DNA of 64,000 bases from Hydrolagus colliei (Eukaryota): the NCBI GenBank assembly GCA_035084275.1, contig CM068770.1:2604001-2668000 (forward strand), written 5' to 3'. This document shows, piece by piece, positions 25,183 to 37,425 of this stretch (position 1 is its first letter; the number at the start of each line of letters is the position of its first letter). Both the position numbers and the translations under genes were made by a program. The notes beneath the pieces are model-generated. The model was given only the letters and a program-made list of their open reading frames with translations, was not told the DNA's origin and ran no database searches.

Positions 25183-25515
25183 CCTTGCATTTGATAGAGC
25201 GCTTTCCACATCTTATCGACGTCCCAAAGCGCTTCACAGAACATACTGTAAAGTGAATTGACTGTGTATATATTTGTGGGCGAATCGCGGCAGCCGATTG
25301 CGCGCAGCCAGCGTCCCCCACACACAGTCGTGGATTGAAATGACCAATTTTATCAGTGTGGTTTTTCTGGAGGGATTATTATTAGGCGTGTGTGTGGAGT
25401 AAGGAAACTTGCCCAAGGTTTCGCCCTGACCTGCCTGGATTCGAACAGAGGTCTCCCCAGCTTGGTCTCCTGAGCTTGCAAGACAAGTGCACTAACCACT
25501 GAGCCATAGGAGCGC
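25183..25515 (-). mobile_element. Full-length SINE, same family
   Basis: Reverse complement of the 16029 copy including the A and B boxes. Confidence 0.85.
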
Positions 25516-25907
25516 TCCTACCTTCACTCTACTGGGAGAGCGCACGATACGAATGCAACTTGTTGTTGTTGTTCTCCTCCACGTTTTTGTCTGGGGGGTT
25601 TTGTATAAAGGGGGTGGTGGGGGGGGGGGGGGGGGGGGGGGGGGGGATCGCAGAAACCGTTCAAATTAAAAGGGAAAACAGTGAATGTTAGAAATCCGAA
25701 ATAAAACTCGAGCAAATAGCCTTTCAGGTGAGACATTGAAACCGAGGTCCCATCTGCCTGTTAGGACTTTCAACCACGAAAGCCGCCGTATCAAGAACGA
25801 TTCAAATCCTTGTGTTTGATAAGCATCGATATCGTTGCAAAGATCCTAACAAGCGATTGCTGCCGAGCGATTGTGTATTTTGTAGGCAAACACGCCAGCC
25901 AATGTAT

Positions 25908-26692
25908 TCATAGATTCATAGATTCATAGAATTTTACGGCACAAAAGGAGGCCATTCGGCCCATCTAGTCTGTGCCGGCTCTTTGAAAAGAGCGATTCAA
26001 TCCCACTGCCCTGCCCGCTCCCCATAGCCTAATAGACCTGTTCTCCCTAAATAAAGATCTAATTCCCTTTTAAAAGTTGTTATCGAATCAGCCTCCACCA
26101 CCTTTTCAGGCAATGCTTTCCAGATTCGAACAACTCGCTGAGTGAAAAAATTTCTCCTCAGCTCCCCTCTACTTCGCCTTGAAACTATTTTAAATCTGTG
26201 ACCACGAGTCACAGATTCACCCACGAGTGGAAATAGTTTTTCTCTATTTGCCCTGTCGAAACCCCTCATGATTTTATAAACCTCTATTAGGTCTCCCCTC
26301 AATCTTCTCTGCTCCAGAGAGAATAACCCTAGCCTATCTAGCCTCTCCTCATAGCTGAAGTCCCTCAATCCTGGCACCATCCTAGTAAATCTTCTTTGTA
26401 CCCTTTCCAATGCCTTCACATCCTTTCTGTAGTGTGGTGACCAGAATTGAACACAGTATTCCAGCTGAGGCCTCACCAAAGTCTTATAGAGGTTAGTCAG
26501 CACTTCCTGACTTTTGTACTCTATACCCCTATTTATAAAGCCTAGTATCCCATATGCCTTCTTAACAGCCTTGTCTACCTGTCCTGCCACCTTCAACGAG
26601 TCACTAACACAAATCCCCAGGTCTCTCTGTTCCTTCACACCATTTAAAATTTTACTATCTAGCCTATATTGCCTCCCTTCATTTCTTCTCCC
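25908..26692 (-). mobile_element. CR1-clade LINE, 5'-truncated (ORF2 C-terminus, 3' UTR, (GAATCTAT)n tail)
   Basis: Open frame with CR1 motifs LYKTLVRPQLEYCVQFWSP, LERVQRRFTRMVPGL, RRLRGDLIEVYKIM, FFTQRVVRIW; octamer tail at 25908-25932. Confidence 0.93.
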
Positions 26693-28302
26693 AAAGAAAT
26701 TGTCCAACAACTTCCCCCAAAACAGACCATGATCGGCGAATGACCAATTTTAAACGGATGGATTGTCGGTCAGGACACGAAGGAGAAATTCCCTTCTTTT
26801 CGCGAGTCGTGAACGCCTACCTGGACAGAGAGACAGACAGGGCCTCATGTGAGGGTTAGGGTGGGAAGTGAACCCATGATCTTTCCTGGTCTCCGGCGAA
26901 GATCAGCTTGTGAAAGAGCAACTTCAGCAGAGGGTCGCAACTGAAATCTTCATCTCGTTCAGCTACAATTCTTCCAGCTGGTGTATGTATGGACTAGCGC
27001 TTTGGGACGCTATCCTGCGCTATGTAAATTCAAGTTGTTGTTTCTGTTACAGTAAAGGCGTGAACCCAGGGATCTCACGCTATCCTCTATTTTATTTCAG
27101 TTGTGAAACCGTGTGCAATCGTTGAAATTTGGAATCAGGGGTTTGGGTGGGGGGGGGGGGGGGGGAAATGATTGTTTTATCATGTTGATAACCTCGCATT
27201 GACAACCCCTTAGGATTCTCAGAAAATAAATAACAGATTGCGAAAATTCACTGATGAATCGAATGAGAAGTTGCCTTGTCAACAATCTGCTCAAGTCTCC
27301 TGAAGGGCCAAATCGCGGCTTTCCTGATTTAGATGTAACGTAATTTGGATGTTTGCTTTCGATAGATTTTCTCGTACCTACTGTCAACCAACTGGTCACG
27401 GTTCTGAATGAAATGAAACAATCGAAATGACAAACGGGAGACACGGGAGAAGGACGAAGCCACCTGCTGGATGGAAGTAAATATTTCCAATGTCAGTCTC
27501 GTCCCCAGCGACGGATTTGCCCTCATATATACCAGAGATAAACGGTTAAACATCCCTTAAGCGCGTTTAAGACAAAGACGTGAAATAAGAAGATAAAATT
27601 AATCAAGTGCCAACGTCGGGAGTCCTTAAAAACTGGTTTGATTAACTGTGATGGTACTTTCCCTTCGCAAAATTAAGCCAAGGCTGACATCTGGTGACGG
27701 TAAAGTGTGTTACAACACATCTGCTGGGTGCCGACCTGTTGTAACCTGACCGATTGTGTCCCTTTTTAAACTATTGTTGTACAATGAGTATTCATTTAAA
27801 AAATCTTATACACGCGCGCGCGCATATATATATATGTATAATCACACAACATGATAATTAACGTGCCATTTGCATCTGCTAATGAAGAATTGTTATGACT
27901 AAACTTTGACTAAACTAAATGCTTATTCTGTTGCGTAAATATTGACAGCTTCCGTAAACAGTTCCAGAGTGTGGTCAGTGTTTTATTGTCAAAATGCACA
28001 GGGCTGGCTGAGCAAATATTTTGACATCCCGCCTGCGCTTCTCCTAGCAATTTGTTGAGTCGAAGCCAAAGATATATTTTCGCGAGCGTCTGGGTAAATC
28101 ACTGCCCCAGCCACGGGTGGGGGGGGGGGGGCGGGGGAACGCTGCTGCGCGCAATCGGCTGACGCGTGGCGCCCACAATCCACTTGACGGTGTGTCCTGT
28201 GAAGCGCTTTGAGGCGTCTCGAAGAGGCGATGGAGGAGCTGTATCAAATGCAAGGATTACTGTTCTCACTGTATTCGAGACACAGAATGGATGGTGTGTC
28301 AG

Positions 28303-28338
28303 CAGCGCCACCTGGTGGAGAATGACAGTATTCTGCAT
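28303..28338 (-). promoter_or_regulatory. CTCF motif with candidate upstream module
   Basis: Minus strand reads TGCAGAATACTGTCATTCT-CCACCAGGTGGCGCTG. The core matches CCASYAGRKGGCRS without mismatch. Confidence 0.65.
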
Positions 28339-28390
28339 TAACAAAAGTCAACCATTGTATTTAACTGATGGAATATATACCTATATACTG

Positions 28391-28422
<32 letters not shown>

Positions 28423-29784
28423 GTAGGGGCAGACAATGGGAGTTAGGGGGAAGTAGATAGTTTAAAAGCCTGTGTTTGTTAACAGGTTTAATATCAATTA
28501 TATATTTTTTTCTCCCCAACCCCTCCACCAACCCTCAAAAAGATTGCTCCAAAATCCACAACAACTGAAATAATAGTTAGGTTACAGTCCAGAGTTATTA
28601 TCAATAATCAACACTCTATAATACTAATAAATATTGCAATTTATTATTGCACAAAAAATAACATTTGCATATTTACAATAGCTAGACAAACACAGATTGA
28701 GGGGAGATGAGAAGTTTCAAGGAGGCAGGTTGACTGGATTTGCATCAAATGGAATTATTTATTTATAGTTTCTTTCTATATATAAATATATAAAAAATAT
28801 GTTAATATATACTGTTTCCCTCTCTTGGATTTCGCTGTGTTCAGATCAAAGCTTTGAGTTCAGGCAATTGAGAGTGGCTTCCTACCCACACTTGGGATTA
28901 ACGTCTGATTTTCTTCTGAATAGACCTGGTTCAAATTTATACATTATACACAGAGGTAGTGAAAAATGTCATATTATTGCTTCTATAACATAGACATTTC
29001 CTCGAGTCTTTGGATATCCAGATTGTCTCTTAAAACAGAAGAGAAAGTTAATGGGAGAGGAGAGGGCAACACAGAGAGGAGACACTGGTAGAGAAATAGG
29101 GAGACAGAGAGGGGGAGAGAATGGGAAAGAAAAACACACAGAGAGAGGGAAAGAGAATGAACAAGGCATTGAGAAAACGAGGGAGAGAGGGAGGAATAAA
29201 CAAAATGGTTCAATTATTGCTGTAACTTAACAAAGCTTTCATTCCACCTGCAGCTTTCCCAATCCTATCTTTTAATACATTTTTTCACAAGAAAATCCAG
29301 AGAGAGAAACCAAGAAAGGAAAGCTTGAAGGGTTTAACTATAGGGATTGCTGTGTCAGGCAGTGTTCAGATACACACTGTGTGTGTGTGTGTGTCTCATA
29401 GTCACTCCACACACAACACTTTTATTCCAAAGACATCACCAGTCCTGAAGAGGACGATTTTGAAGCGAATAAAACAAGAGTAAAAGACAATATCCTCTCT
29501 TTCTCCCCCCTCCCTCTCTCCACATCACCACCCCCACAGAAAAACTTCAGCAATAAAAGTCTGATGGATTGTAATCTGTGTTTAAAAACTATTTTAATTG
29601 CTGCTGCAAGGCAAGGGTGTGTGTGGGGGGGGGGGGGTAAATAAATAACTTATTTAACCATTCATTCTCCGGAAAGCAATTTAATATATGTGTGTGAGAG
29701 AGAGAGAGAGAGAGGGAGTGAGGGAGGTTTCTGGATTCAGAACCATCATTTAAAATACACACTCACTTTACAATAATTCCTGTC

Positions 29785-29823
<39 letters not shown>

Positions 29824-29975
29824 TATAATTAATTCCATGCCTCCCACCCACACAAGGCAATGTGTGTGTATGTGTGTGTTTAACACTAGTTTCATCCACT
29901 CTTTTACTTTGTTGAATGTTTTTTTTAAAAAAAGTGTGTGTGTGTGTGTGAGTGTGAGAGTGACAGGGAGAAGTT

Positions 29976-30008
<33 letters not shown>

Positions 30009-30134
30009 AGAACCTGGGTGTGAAGGGGGAGATGCAGAGAGTTAATAGACAAGAGTTTTGGGAGCTGTTTGGAGGAGGGTATGAAGGGACTGCTCACTGG
30101 TTGGCTGTGAGGGGAGGGCAGAGCGATTCCTGAA

Positions 30135-30235
30135 AGGGATCAAAGCAAGAGACACTGAATAAAAATAAACCCACTTATGTCAATGGATGAGTCAGGAGAG
30201 TATATAAGGACTGGGGATTCTCAGTGTCGCTGCTA
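30135..30235 (+). promoter_or_regulatory. Candidate ADAMTS8 core promoter
   Basis: TCF/LEF-type ATCAAAG (30139-30145), AP-1 TGAGTCA (30188-30194) and TATATAAG (30201-30208) in unique sequence upstream of the repeat-rich leader. Confidence 0.5.
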
Positions 30236-31129
30236 CTGTAGCCTTCAGGGGGAAAAACTAGGAGCACAGAGCAAGGCAAGGCAGAGCCAAACAGTGTGTA
30301 GAGCAAGCAGTGTGTGTGTGTGTGTGTGTCTAACACTGTGTGTGTGTGTGTTGCAGTGTGTGTGTGTGTATAGAGCGAGTGTGTGTGTATAGAGCGAGTG
30401 TATGTGTATAGAGCGAGTGTGTGTGTCAGGGTAGAGCAGTGTGTGCATACAGCACACTGTGTGTGTGTGTGAGAGAGTAGTGTGTATAGCTCTATGTGTA
30501 TCAGGGCATAGTGTCTTGTGTGTGTGTGTGTATATATAGAGCAGTGTGTGTATAGAGCCTTCACTATATAGTGTCAGGGTAGTGTGTGTCACAGCGAAGG
30601 GAAAGACATGATGATATAAGGTTTCTTTTTATTTAAACACACATACGAGACAGTGAGAGACAGAGAGAGAGATATAGAGAGACAGAGAGAGACATATATA
30701 GAGAGAGAGACAGAGACAGACAGACACAGAAGTGCAGTTCAGTCGCAGGATTTATTAAGAGAAGTTATTAGACACTCTCTGGGAACCAAAGTCGACTTTA
30801 ATTTCATTTGTTTTCAACCCAAAAACACACCAGCGCGAAATTTTCTCCTATTCATTTTGCCAAACTTTTATTTTGTTACTTGCAAAAAAAAAGTTTTAAT
30901 TTTTTTGTGGGGGGGTCAGGGAGAGAGAGAGAGAGAGAATTTTTTTCATTGGTGCAAATTTTATTTTGGGGGAAAAAATATTTTTTTTGGGTGGGGTGGG
31001 GGGGGCTTGAAATAATTTTTTTTATCAATAGATTAACCCCACTTTTTATTTTGCCCCTTGCACCCCTAACAGTGGTGTAGTGTGTGTGTGTATATATATG
31101 TATGTGTGTTCTAGTTATACTCCCTTTCC

Positions 31130-31650
31130 CTAGTGAGTGAAGTGAGTGAGGGGGATCTTGCTGAGTGAGTCAGAACTCAGAGAGTGAGTGAGTGAGTGAG
31201 TGGGAGCTCAGTGAGTCAGTGAGAGGTTAGAGAGTTAGAGATAGAGAGAGAGAGACAGCTGAGAGAGGTGAGTGAGTTGAGAGAGGTTAGGAGAGAGAGG
31301 CTGAGAGAGGTTAGGGAGAGAGTGAGAGAGGTTAGGGGAGAGAGTTGAGAGAGGTTAGGGAGTGAGTTGAGAGAGGTTAGGGAGAGAGTGAGAGAGGTTA
31401 GGGAGAGAGTTGAGAGAGGTTAGGGAGAGAGCTGAGAGAGGTTAGGGAGAGAGCTGAGAGAGGTTAGGGAGAGAGAGCTGAGAGAGGTTAGGGAGAGAGT
31501 GAGTGAGAACTTACAGATTGGGTGAGTGAGTGAGTGAGTGAGTTGGAGGTTAGTGAGTGAGGGGTTAGAGAGTGAAGGGAGTGAGTGAGTGAGTTGGAGG
31601 TAGTGAGTGAGGGTTAGGAGTGAGGGATGAGAGTGAGTGAGTGGTGAGTG
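31130..31650 (+). repeat. Purine-rich (GA/GAGT) tract with about 9 embedded GGTTAGGG units
   Basis: Imperfect 21-23-bp unit gagagaggttagggagaga at about 31280-31500. Confidence 0.85.
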
Positions 31651-31662
31651 AGGTGGGGTAAG

Positions 31663-32596
31663 ATGTACGGTGGGGCTATGTTTTGTGTGGGTATGGGGCT
31701 GTGCGATGGCAGTGTGGGTGGGGGTGAGGGTGGGAGCGAACCCTGGCCAGGCCGGTTGGCAGGAGGCGCTGGCCACCCCTGTCCGGTTGACGGGGTTCGG
31801 GAGCGAGGACACTCCGGTCTTGAGGCTCCGAGCTTTCGGAAGAACTTCACCTTGTACCTGGTGCCCGACTCCAGCTTCCTGGCTCCCGCCTTCACCGTGC
31901 AGAGGCTGGGCGCGCGCGCTCCGGGGCGTCCCGGGGCGCTCGCGGGGAATGGGGCGTCCGAGCTCAGGCGTTGCTTCTACTCCGGTAGCGTCAACCACCA
32001 ACCCGGCTCCGCGGTGGCCGTCAGCCTCTGCCAGGGAACGCGAGGCGCCTTCTACGCGGACGGAGAAGAGTTTCTCATCGAACCGGCGAACGCAAGCCAC
32101 AGCCCGCACACAACTCCGCACCCAATTCCGGAGCCAACTCAGCTCCACCTGATCCGCAGGCGCCAGAGCCAGAGCGGAGAGACCGGGAGCGAGTGCGAGG
32201 TCCGGGGGGAGGTCGACTCCCCGCCACCCCTCCCTCCCCCGGGCCCCGGGCAACCCAAGACTCGCTCCAAGAGGTTCGTGTCGGAGGGCGCGTTATATCG
32301 AGACCCTGCTGGTGGCCGACGTGTCCATGGGGCGTTTCCACGGAGGCGGCCTCCAACACTATCTCCTGACCCTGCTGGCCGTCGTCGCTCGGCTATACCG
32401 CGACCCCCAGCATCCGGAACCTCGTCAACGTGGTGGTGGTCAAGGTGCTGCTGGTGAGGAGGAGGCGGCGGGACCTCCCGTGTCGGCCAATGCCGGCCTC
32501 ACTCTCCGCAACTTCTGCAGCTGGCAGACGGTTCACAATCACCCGAGCGAGAGGCACCGAGAGCACTTCGACACCGCCATCCTCTTCACCAGACAG
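31663..32596 (+). CDS. ADAMTS8: ADAMTS8 coding exon 1 (signal, prodomain, RSKR furin site, start of metalloprotease); frameshifted as assembled
   Basis: Stitching frames gives ...TPVRLTGFGSEDTPVLRLRAFG/KNFTLYLVPDSSFLAP...CFYSGSVN...RSKRFVSE/ARYIETLLVADVSMGRFHG...RDP/SIRNLVNVVVVKVLLV/EEEAAGPPVSANAGLTLRNFCSWQ...DTAILFTRQ. Donor CAG|GTAGGT. Start codon uncertain (31663 or 31706). Confidence 0.85.
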
Positions 32597-32614
32597 GTAG
32601 GTGCCCACCTCTGG

Positions 32615-33173
32615 GAACTCTCTCCATCTCTCTCTCCATCTCTCCATCTCTCCCTCCGCCCACACCTTGCATATCTCTCTCCTTCCCTCTCTCCCTCCCT
32701 CTCTCTCTCACCTCTTTCCTCTCCCACTTCTCTCATTCTCTCCCCTCCCTCCCTCCCTCTCTCACCTCTTTCCTCTCCCACTTCTCTCCCCTCTCTCCCT
32801 CTCTCACCTCCCTCCCCTCCCTCCCTCTCTCACCTCCCTCCCCTCCCTCCCTCTCTCACCTCCCTCCCTCCCTCTCTCACCTCCCTCCCTCCCTCTCTCA
32901 CCTCCCTCCCCTCCCTCTCTCACCTCCCTCCCCTCCCTCTCTCACCTCCCTCCCCTCCCTCTCTCACCTCCCTCCCCTCCCTCTCTCACCTCCCTCCCCT
33001 CCCTCTCTCACCTCCCTCCCCTCCCTCCCTCCCCTCCCTCCCTCCCTCCCTCCCTCCCTCTCTCACCTCCCTCCCTCCCTCTCTCACCTCCCTCCCTCCC
33101 TCTCTCACCTCCCTCCCCTCTCTCACCTCCCTCCCCTCTCTCACCTCCCTCCCCTCTCTCACCTCCTCCCCTC
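32615..33173 (+). repeat. Pyrimidine-rich (CCCT / CTCTCACCTCC)n tract
   Basis: Direct reading; runs into an assembly gap. Confidence 0.9.
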
Positions 33174-33415
33174 NNNNNNNNNNNNNNNNNNNNNNNNNNN
33201 NNNNNNNNNNNNNNNNNNNNNNNNNNNNNNNNNNNNNNNNNNNNNNNNNNNNNNNNNNNNNNNNNNNNNNNNNNNNNNNNNNNNNNNNNNNNNNNNNNNN
33301 NNNNNNNNNNNNNNNNNNNNNNNNNNNNNNNNNNNNNNNNNNNNNNNNNNNNNNNNNNNNNNNNNNNNNNNNNNNNNNNNNNNNNNNNNNNNNNNNNNNN
33401 NNNNNNNNNNNNNNN
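33174..33415. other. Assembly gap (242 N) in ADAMTS8 intron 1
   Basis: Run of N. Confidence 1.
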
Positions 33416-36400
33416 CTTCCCCCTCCTTCATAATAATAATAATCATTCTTGCATTTGATACAGTGCCTTATCATCTATCTCTTTCTCTCTCTCTCTCTCT
33501 CTCTCGAGTGATTCAGTCAATATACCGTAAAATTACTCTGTGTGTGTGTGTGTGTGTGTGTGGTGGGGTGGGGTGGGAGTGTTTTCTGGGCGAAACGCAG
33601 CAGCCAAGTCATTTGCGAGCAGCAATGTCCCACAAACGGTTGTGGTCGAACTGAATTAAAACAATACTATATATATATTTTTAAAATGTTAATTGCTAAT
33701 CCCTACGCTACAGAACCCCGGGGCTAAGTGTTTAACATTTCCCCCCCCCCTTCTGTCTCTGTCAATGGTGTGTGATGGGCGCTTATATACATGCTGTGCT
33801 ATTCCTACCAACCCATTCACGTGATTGACCCCCTCTCCCCAACTCCTTATCTCTAAACCAACCGATTAACTTGCGTCGCCAAATTGTGCTGGGCGAGCTT
33901 TCGTTGTATTTTACGTGAAACAACGTCACGGGCAGGTGCTTAATTTGTGAAAAAAAAAGACATCATATATATACGTTGAATTTAAAACTTCCTCCATCCC
34001 CCCCCACCCCGCCCCCCACCCCCCCCCCCCCCCACCCCGCCACTCTCCTGTTCGTTGAACACCTTTTCTTACCTGGTTTCGAAGCGCGCTGACCTTAATC
34101 AGCCACTTCGAATGAACCGTTCCCCCTCCCCACCCCCCCCCCCACCCACCAACCCCCCCCCCACTGCCCCCCCCCCCCCCCCACTGTAACCTCGCAAACC
34201 AGGGACAGGCAAACTCCCATCGCGAGCAGCATTGAGGGCGAATCTCACACCACGTACTCCACGCTCCCGTAGCCAGTTTCTCACCAGCAAATAGTCTCGG
34301 AAGTCCTCACGCATGTATTGGGACGGGAGGCGGGAATCCCACACGCCGCACGGTCGTCCTACTGACCAATTGTAAGCATCTCCGGCGCGGCACGGCAGCA
34401 TTTAAAGACCCCCGGCCCCCCCCACTTCCCCCCCCCAGGTCATTATGAAGCAAAACTCGAGCCTTGAACGCAGTCCCGAAGTGGGGTAAAATCATCGCGC
34501 TGGTGGATTAGCTATGTTAACCCCTGCAGAGCAGGCAGCAACATCTTTTTTTTTCTTTTGACTGGACGGAGCACTGGAATTCAGAAATAGTCTCATTACA
34601 CCTCCCTCCCTCCCTCCCTCCCTCCCTCCCTCCCTCCCTCCCTCCATCCATCCATCCATCCATCCATCCATCCATCCGTGCCCGTGATAGTGACACACGT
34701 TGAAGGCACTTCTTGTGGGATTGGGTCAGGATTTATCTAGGCTGGGAAGAGGTGGGAGGGTATTGGGCTGCCCCCTTACCCCTCCCCACCCCTCCCCCCG
34801 TCCACTCCACCACCCCCTGGCCATTCTAACCCCCCGTGTACTCCGCCCCACCCCCCACCCAAGATGAGACCAGATTTGTACACAGCAATGTCCCGCATAA
34901 AACCTTGAAGTGAAGTGACCAATTTGTATGTCGAGGTATTACACCAATAATAATAAAGTAGTAACAATAATCCTTGTGTTTGATACAGCGCCTTATCACG
35001 TCTTCGTGACGTCTCTATAGCGCTTCGCGGCTATACATGTCAAGTGTAGTGACTGTATACTATGCAAACGATGGGATTGTCTCCCATCGCCGTGACCCGC
35101 AAAAAGACTGGGCGATCAGTGAGGGAGTTGGTGCGTCCTCCCCCACCCCACCCCCCCCCCTCAGCCGTGTGAAGCAATTTCAAAGCATTCTCGTTACACG
35201 AAGGCTGCTGTGAGAATGTAAACTCTGTGGCCGTCATGTGCTGATGCGTTTTGACCAACAAGAGGGATTGAAGGAGGGGGAACTTGTTTCCGCTCACAAA
35301 TGGATTATAAACGTTGAACAGAAGCCGGGTCGTTTGCACCAGCAGAAGGAAAAGCCATTAACTATCTATTGACGCAGAGAATTACGCGTTTCGCCTACAG
35401 AACACACACAGTCAATTCACTTTTACAGCGGCAGTACACTCTGTGATGCGAAGGGCTTTGGGAGGTCACGTAAGATGTGGCGAGGTTCTACATCAAACAC
35501 CGGTCACCCATTTATTCCTTGCAATCACTGCTGTAAAGCTCGGTGAGAAGCTTTGACGTGAAGGCACGGAGTAAATACTTTCTCCCTGACCTTGAAAACT
35601 TACTAGAAATTATGACCGTCCCCCCCGCCCACTCACACCCATTCTTCCCTCTCCCTCTCTCTCTCCCCTCGTACCTCCGCCACCACACACACTTTTACTT
35701 TGCAATCAAAAGGCTTGAGTCACTGGTTGCTCAGGTGCTGATCAGATGGCAGGAAACCCAGATGCCAGGGACCCTACCTGCTCCCTTTAACTGTTTTATC
35801 GGTGGTTTCATAACAGTATCATGAGGGGGCGATGACAGATGTTGGGAACTGTTACTTTGTGGGCTTGTACCAACATTTCCCTAGCCTCTCCAGGGCTAGG
35901 AGCGTTGGGAACATTTTCTACCGAGTCTCCGATGGAAAGCGAGGTCCTGAGTGCGAGGGTGACCGGGCTCCCTTCCCTCGAGTGCCGGAAAAAGATTGCG
36001 CGAAGCAAAATGCGGCAGGTCGCCTTGCGTTTGAAACGTTGATAGTGTAACCGATCTGCCAATCCAGAGAAATGGGCAGTTCAGAAAAATCCATGTATGT
36101 TTTTCACAGGGCGTCTAATAACCACGCTCAAGTCTGAAAAAAAACCGACAGTATTTTCATTGCAACCAGGCTTCCTAAACATAAATAAACCTCAACCTAG
36201 CATATATTGTTCCTTTCAACAATAATTCTATTCCAATAGAACTCTTATTCGAGAAACGTTTTTTTTTATGATGTACTCCCAGTTGAATTGCAATTAGTTT
36301 CAATGAAGATCGGACTGATCAGAATAGACTATGATAAGAAGTGTACTGATGTTTGTATGAACAAGTCTTAACTCCTCTGCCAGAACAGTTAATACAGCAA

Positions 36401-37292
36401 ATTACGCTCTCAGTCTTATGATGTGTAAGCAAGTCCCTATTTGGTTCGAACTTTCTCAATGCTGTAATAACAAAGTTACTCTTATGGACACATCAGTCAA
36501 TAAGCAACTGTTTTACTTAAACATCCTACTGTATAGACCTGAATTCCAATGTAATGAATTCCGCAGCAATGCTCAAAGAAATTAACCCCTTGTTGTTTTT
36601 AGGCTCCCTTGTTCTACACATATTTTACAGTCGACATAGCGTATTTAGAAATGGATCTAGTTTGCACATCACTTAACGGATTTCCTCATTAGAATTTCTG
36701 TCGAGAGGCTTAAGAAGGGGATTAATTCGGAGCAGAGTTCTTGTGGGTCCCTACGGTTTTACGGTAGTTGCAGCAGCACGCAGTTCGCACTTAAGGTGGT
36801 GGTGATGATGAGGAGGTAGCCACAGAACACCCAGCCACTACACTTTAAAGTATATTCTGTGAAGCGCTTCGGGGCGTCTTGATGAGGCGCTATGTCAAAT
36901 GCAAGGATTACTGTGGCATTATTATCCAGGACTTGGTGTCTGATTGCAGACAACAGCAACAACAAAATTACTTTTGAACAGATAGCGCCTTTCATGTCGG
37001 GAGGACGTCCCAAGGCGCTGGTCAGAGAGAATGTTTTCGACCCCCAAAAAAACACAGTGACTCTTGCGTTGTTGACGCTTGAGTCTCGAGTTCGCTCTCT
37101 TGTTGTCACGTCTTCTGCGGTCGGTTTCAATGCACGCGTTGGAATCAAGGGGAGAGGTTTCCGAATGAGAAATGGGATCGATATGAATGTTCACTGGTGA
37201 CGGGCCGCTGCGTTGAAAGAAAGCACTTGATCGCTTGTAGCCTCGCGGGGTCAGAATACGTTTTGAGCGATTGCCTCTCGTTTCCTCCGCAG

Positions 37293-37425
37293 AACATATG
37301 CGGCCAGCAGAGCTGCGATACCCTGGGAGTGGCGGACACCGGGACTATGTGCGATACGAGTCGGAGCTGTGCGGTTATCGAGGACGATGGGCTCCAGGCC
37401 GCTTACACTACCGCACACGAACTGG
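37293..37425 (+). CDS. ADAMTS8: ADAMTS8 exon 2 (metalloprotease, first half of zinc motif)
   Basis: ccgcag|AAC ... [45 protein letters not shown]; 133 nt; donor G|GTACGG. Confidence 0.95.

Noticed and set aside
31280-31500. Interstitial telomere or fusion site
   Set aside because: TTAGGG occurs singly within GA repeat units, never as tandem (TTAGGG)n.
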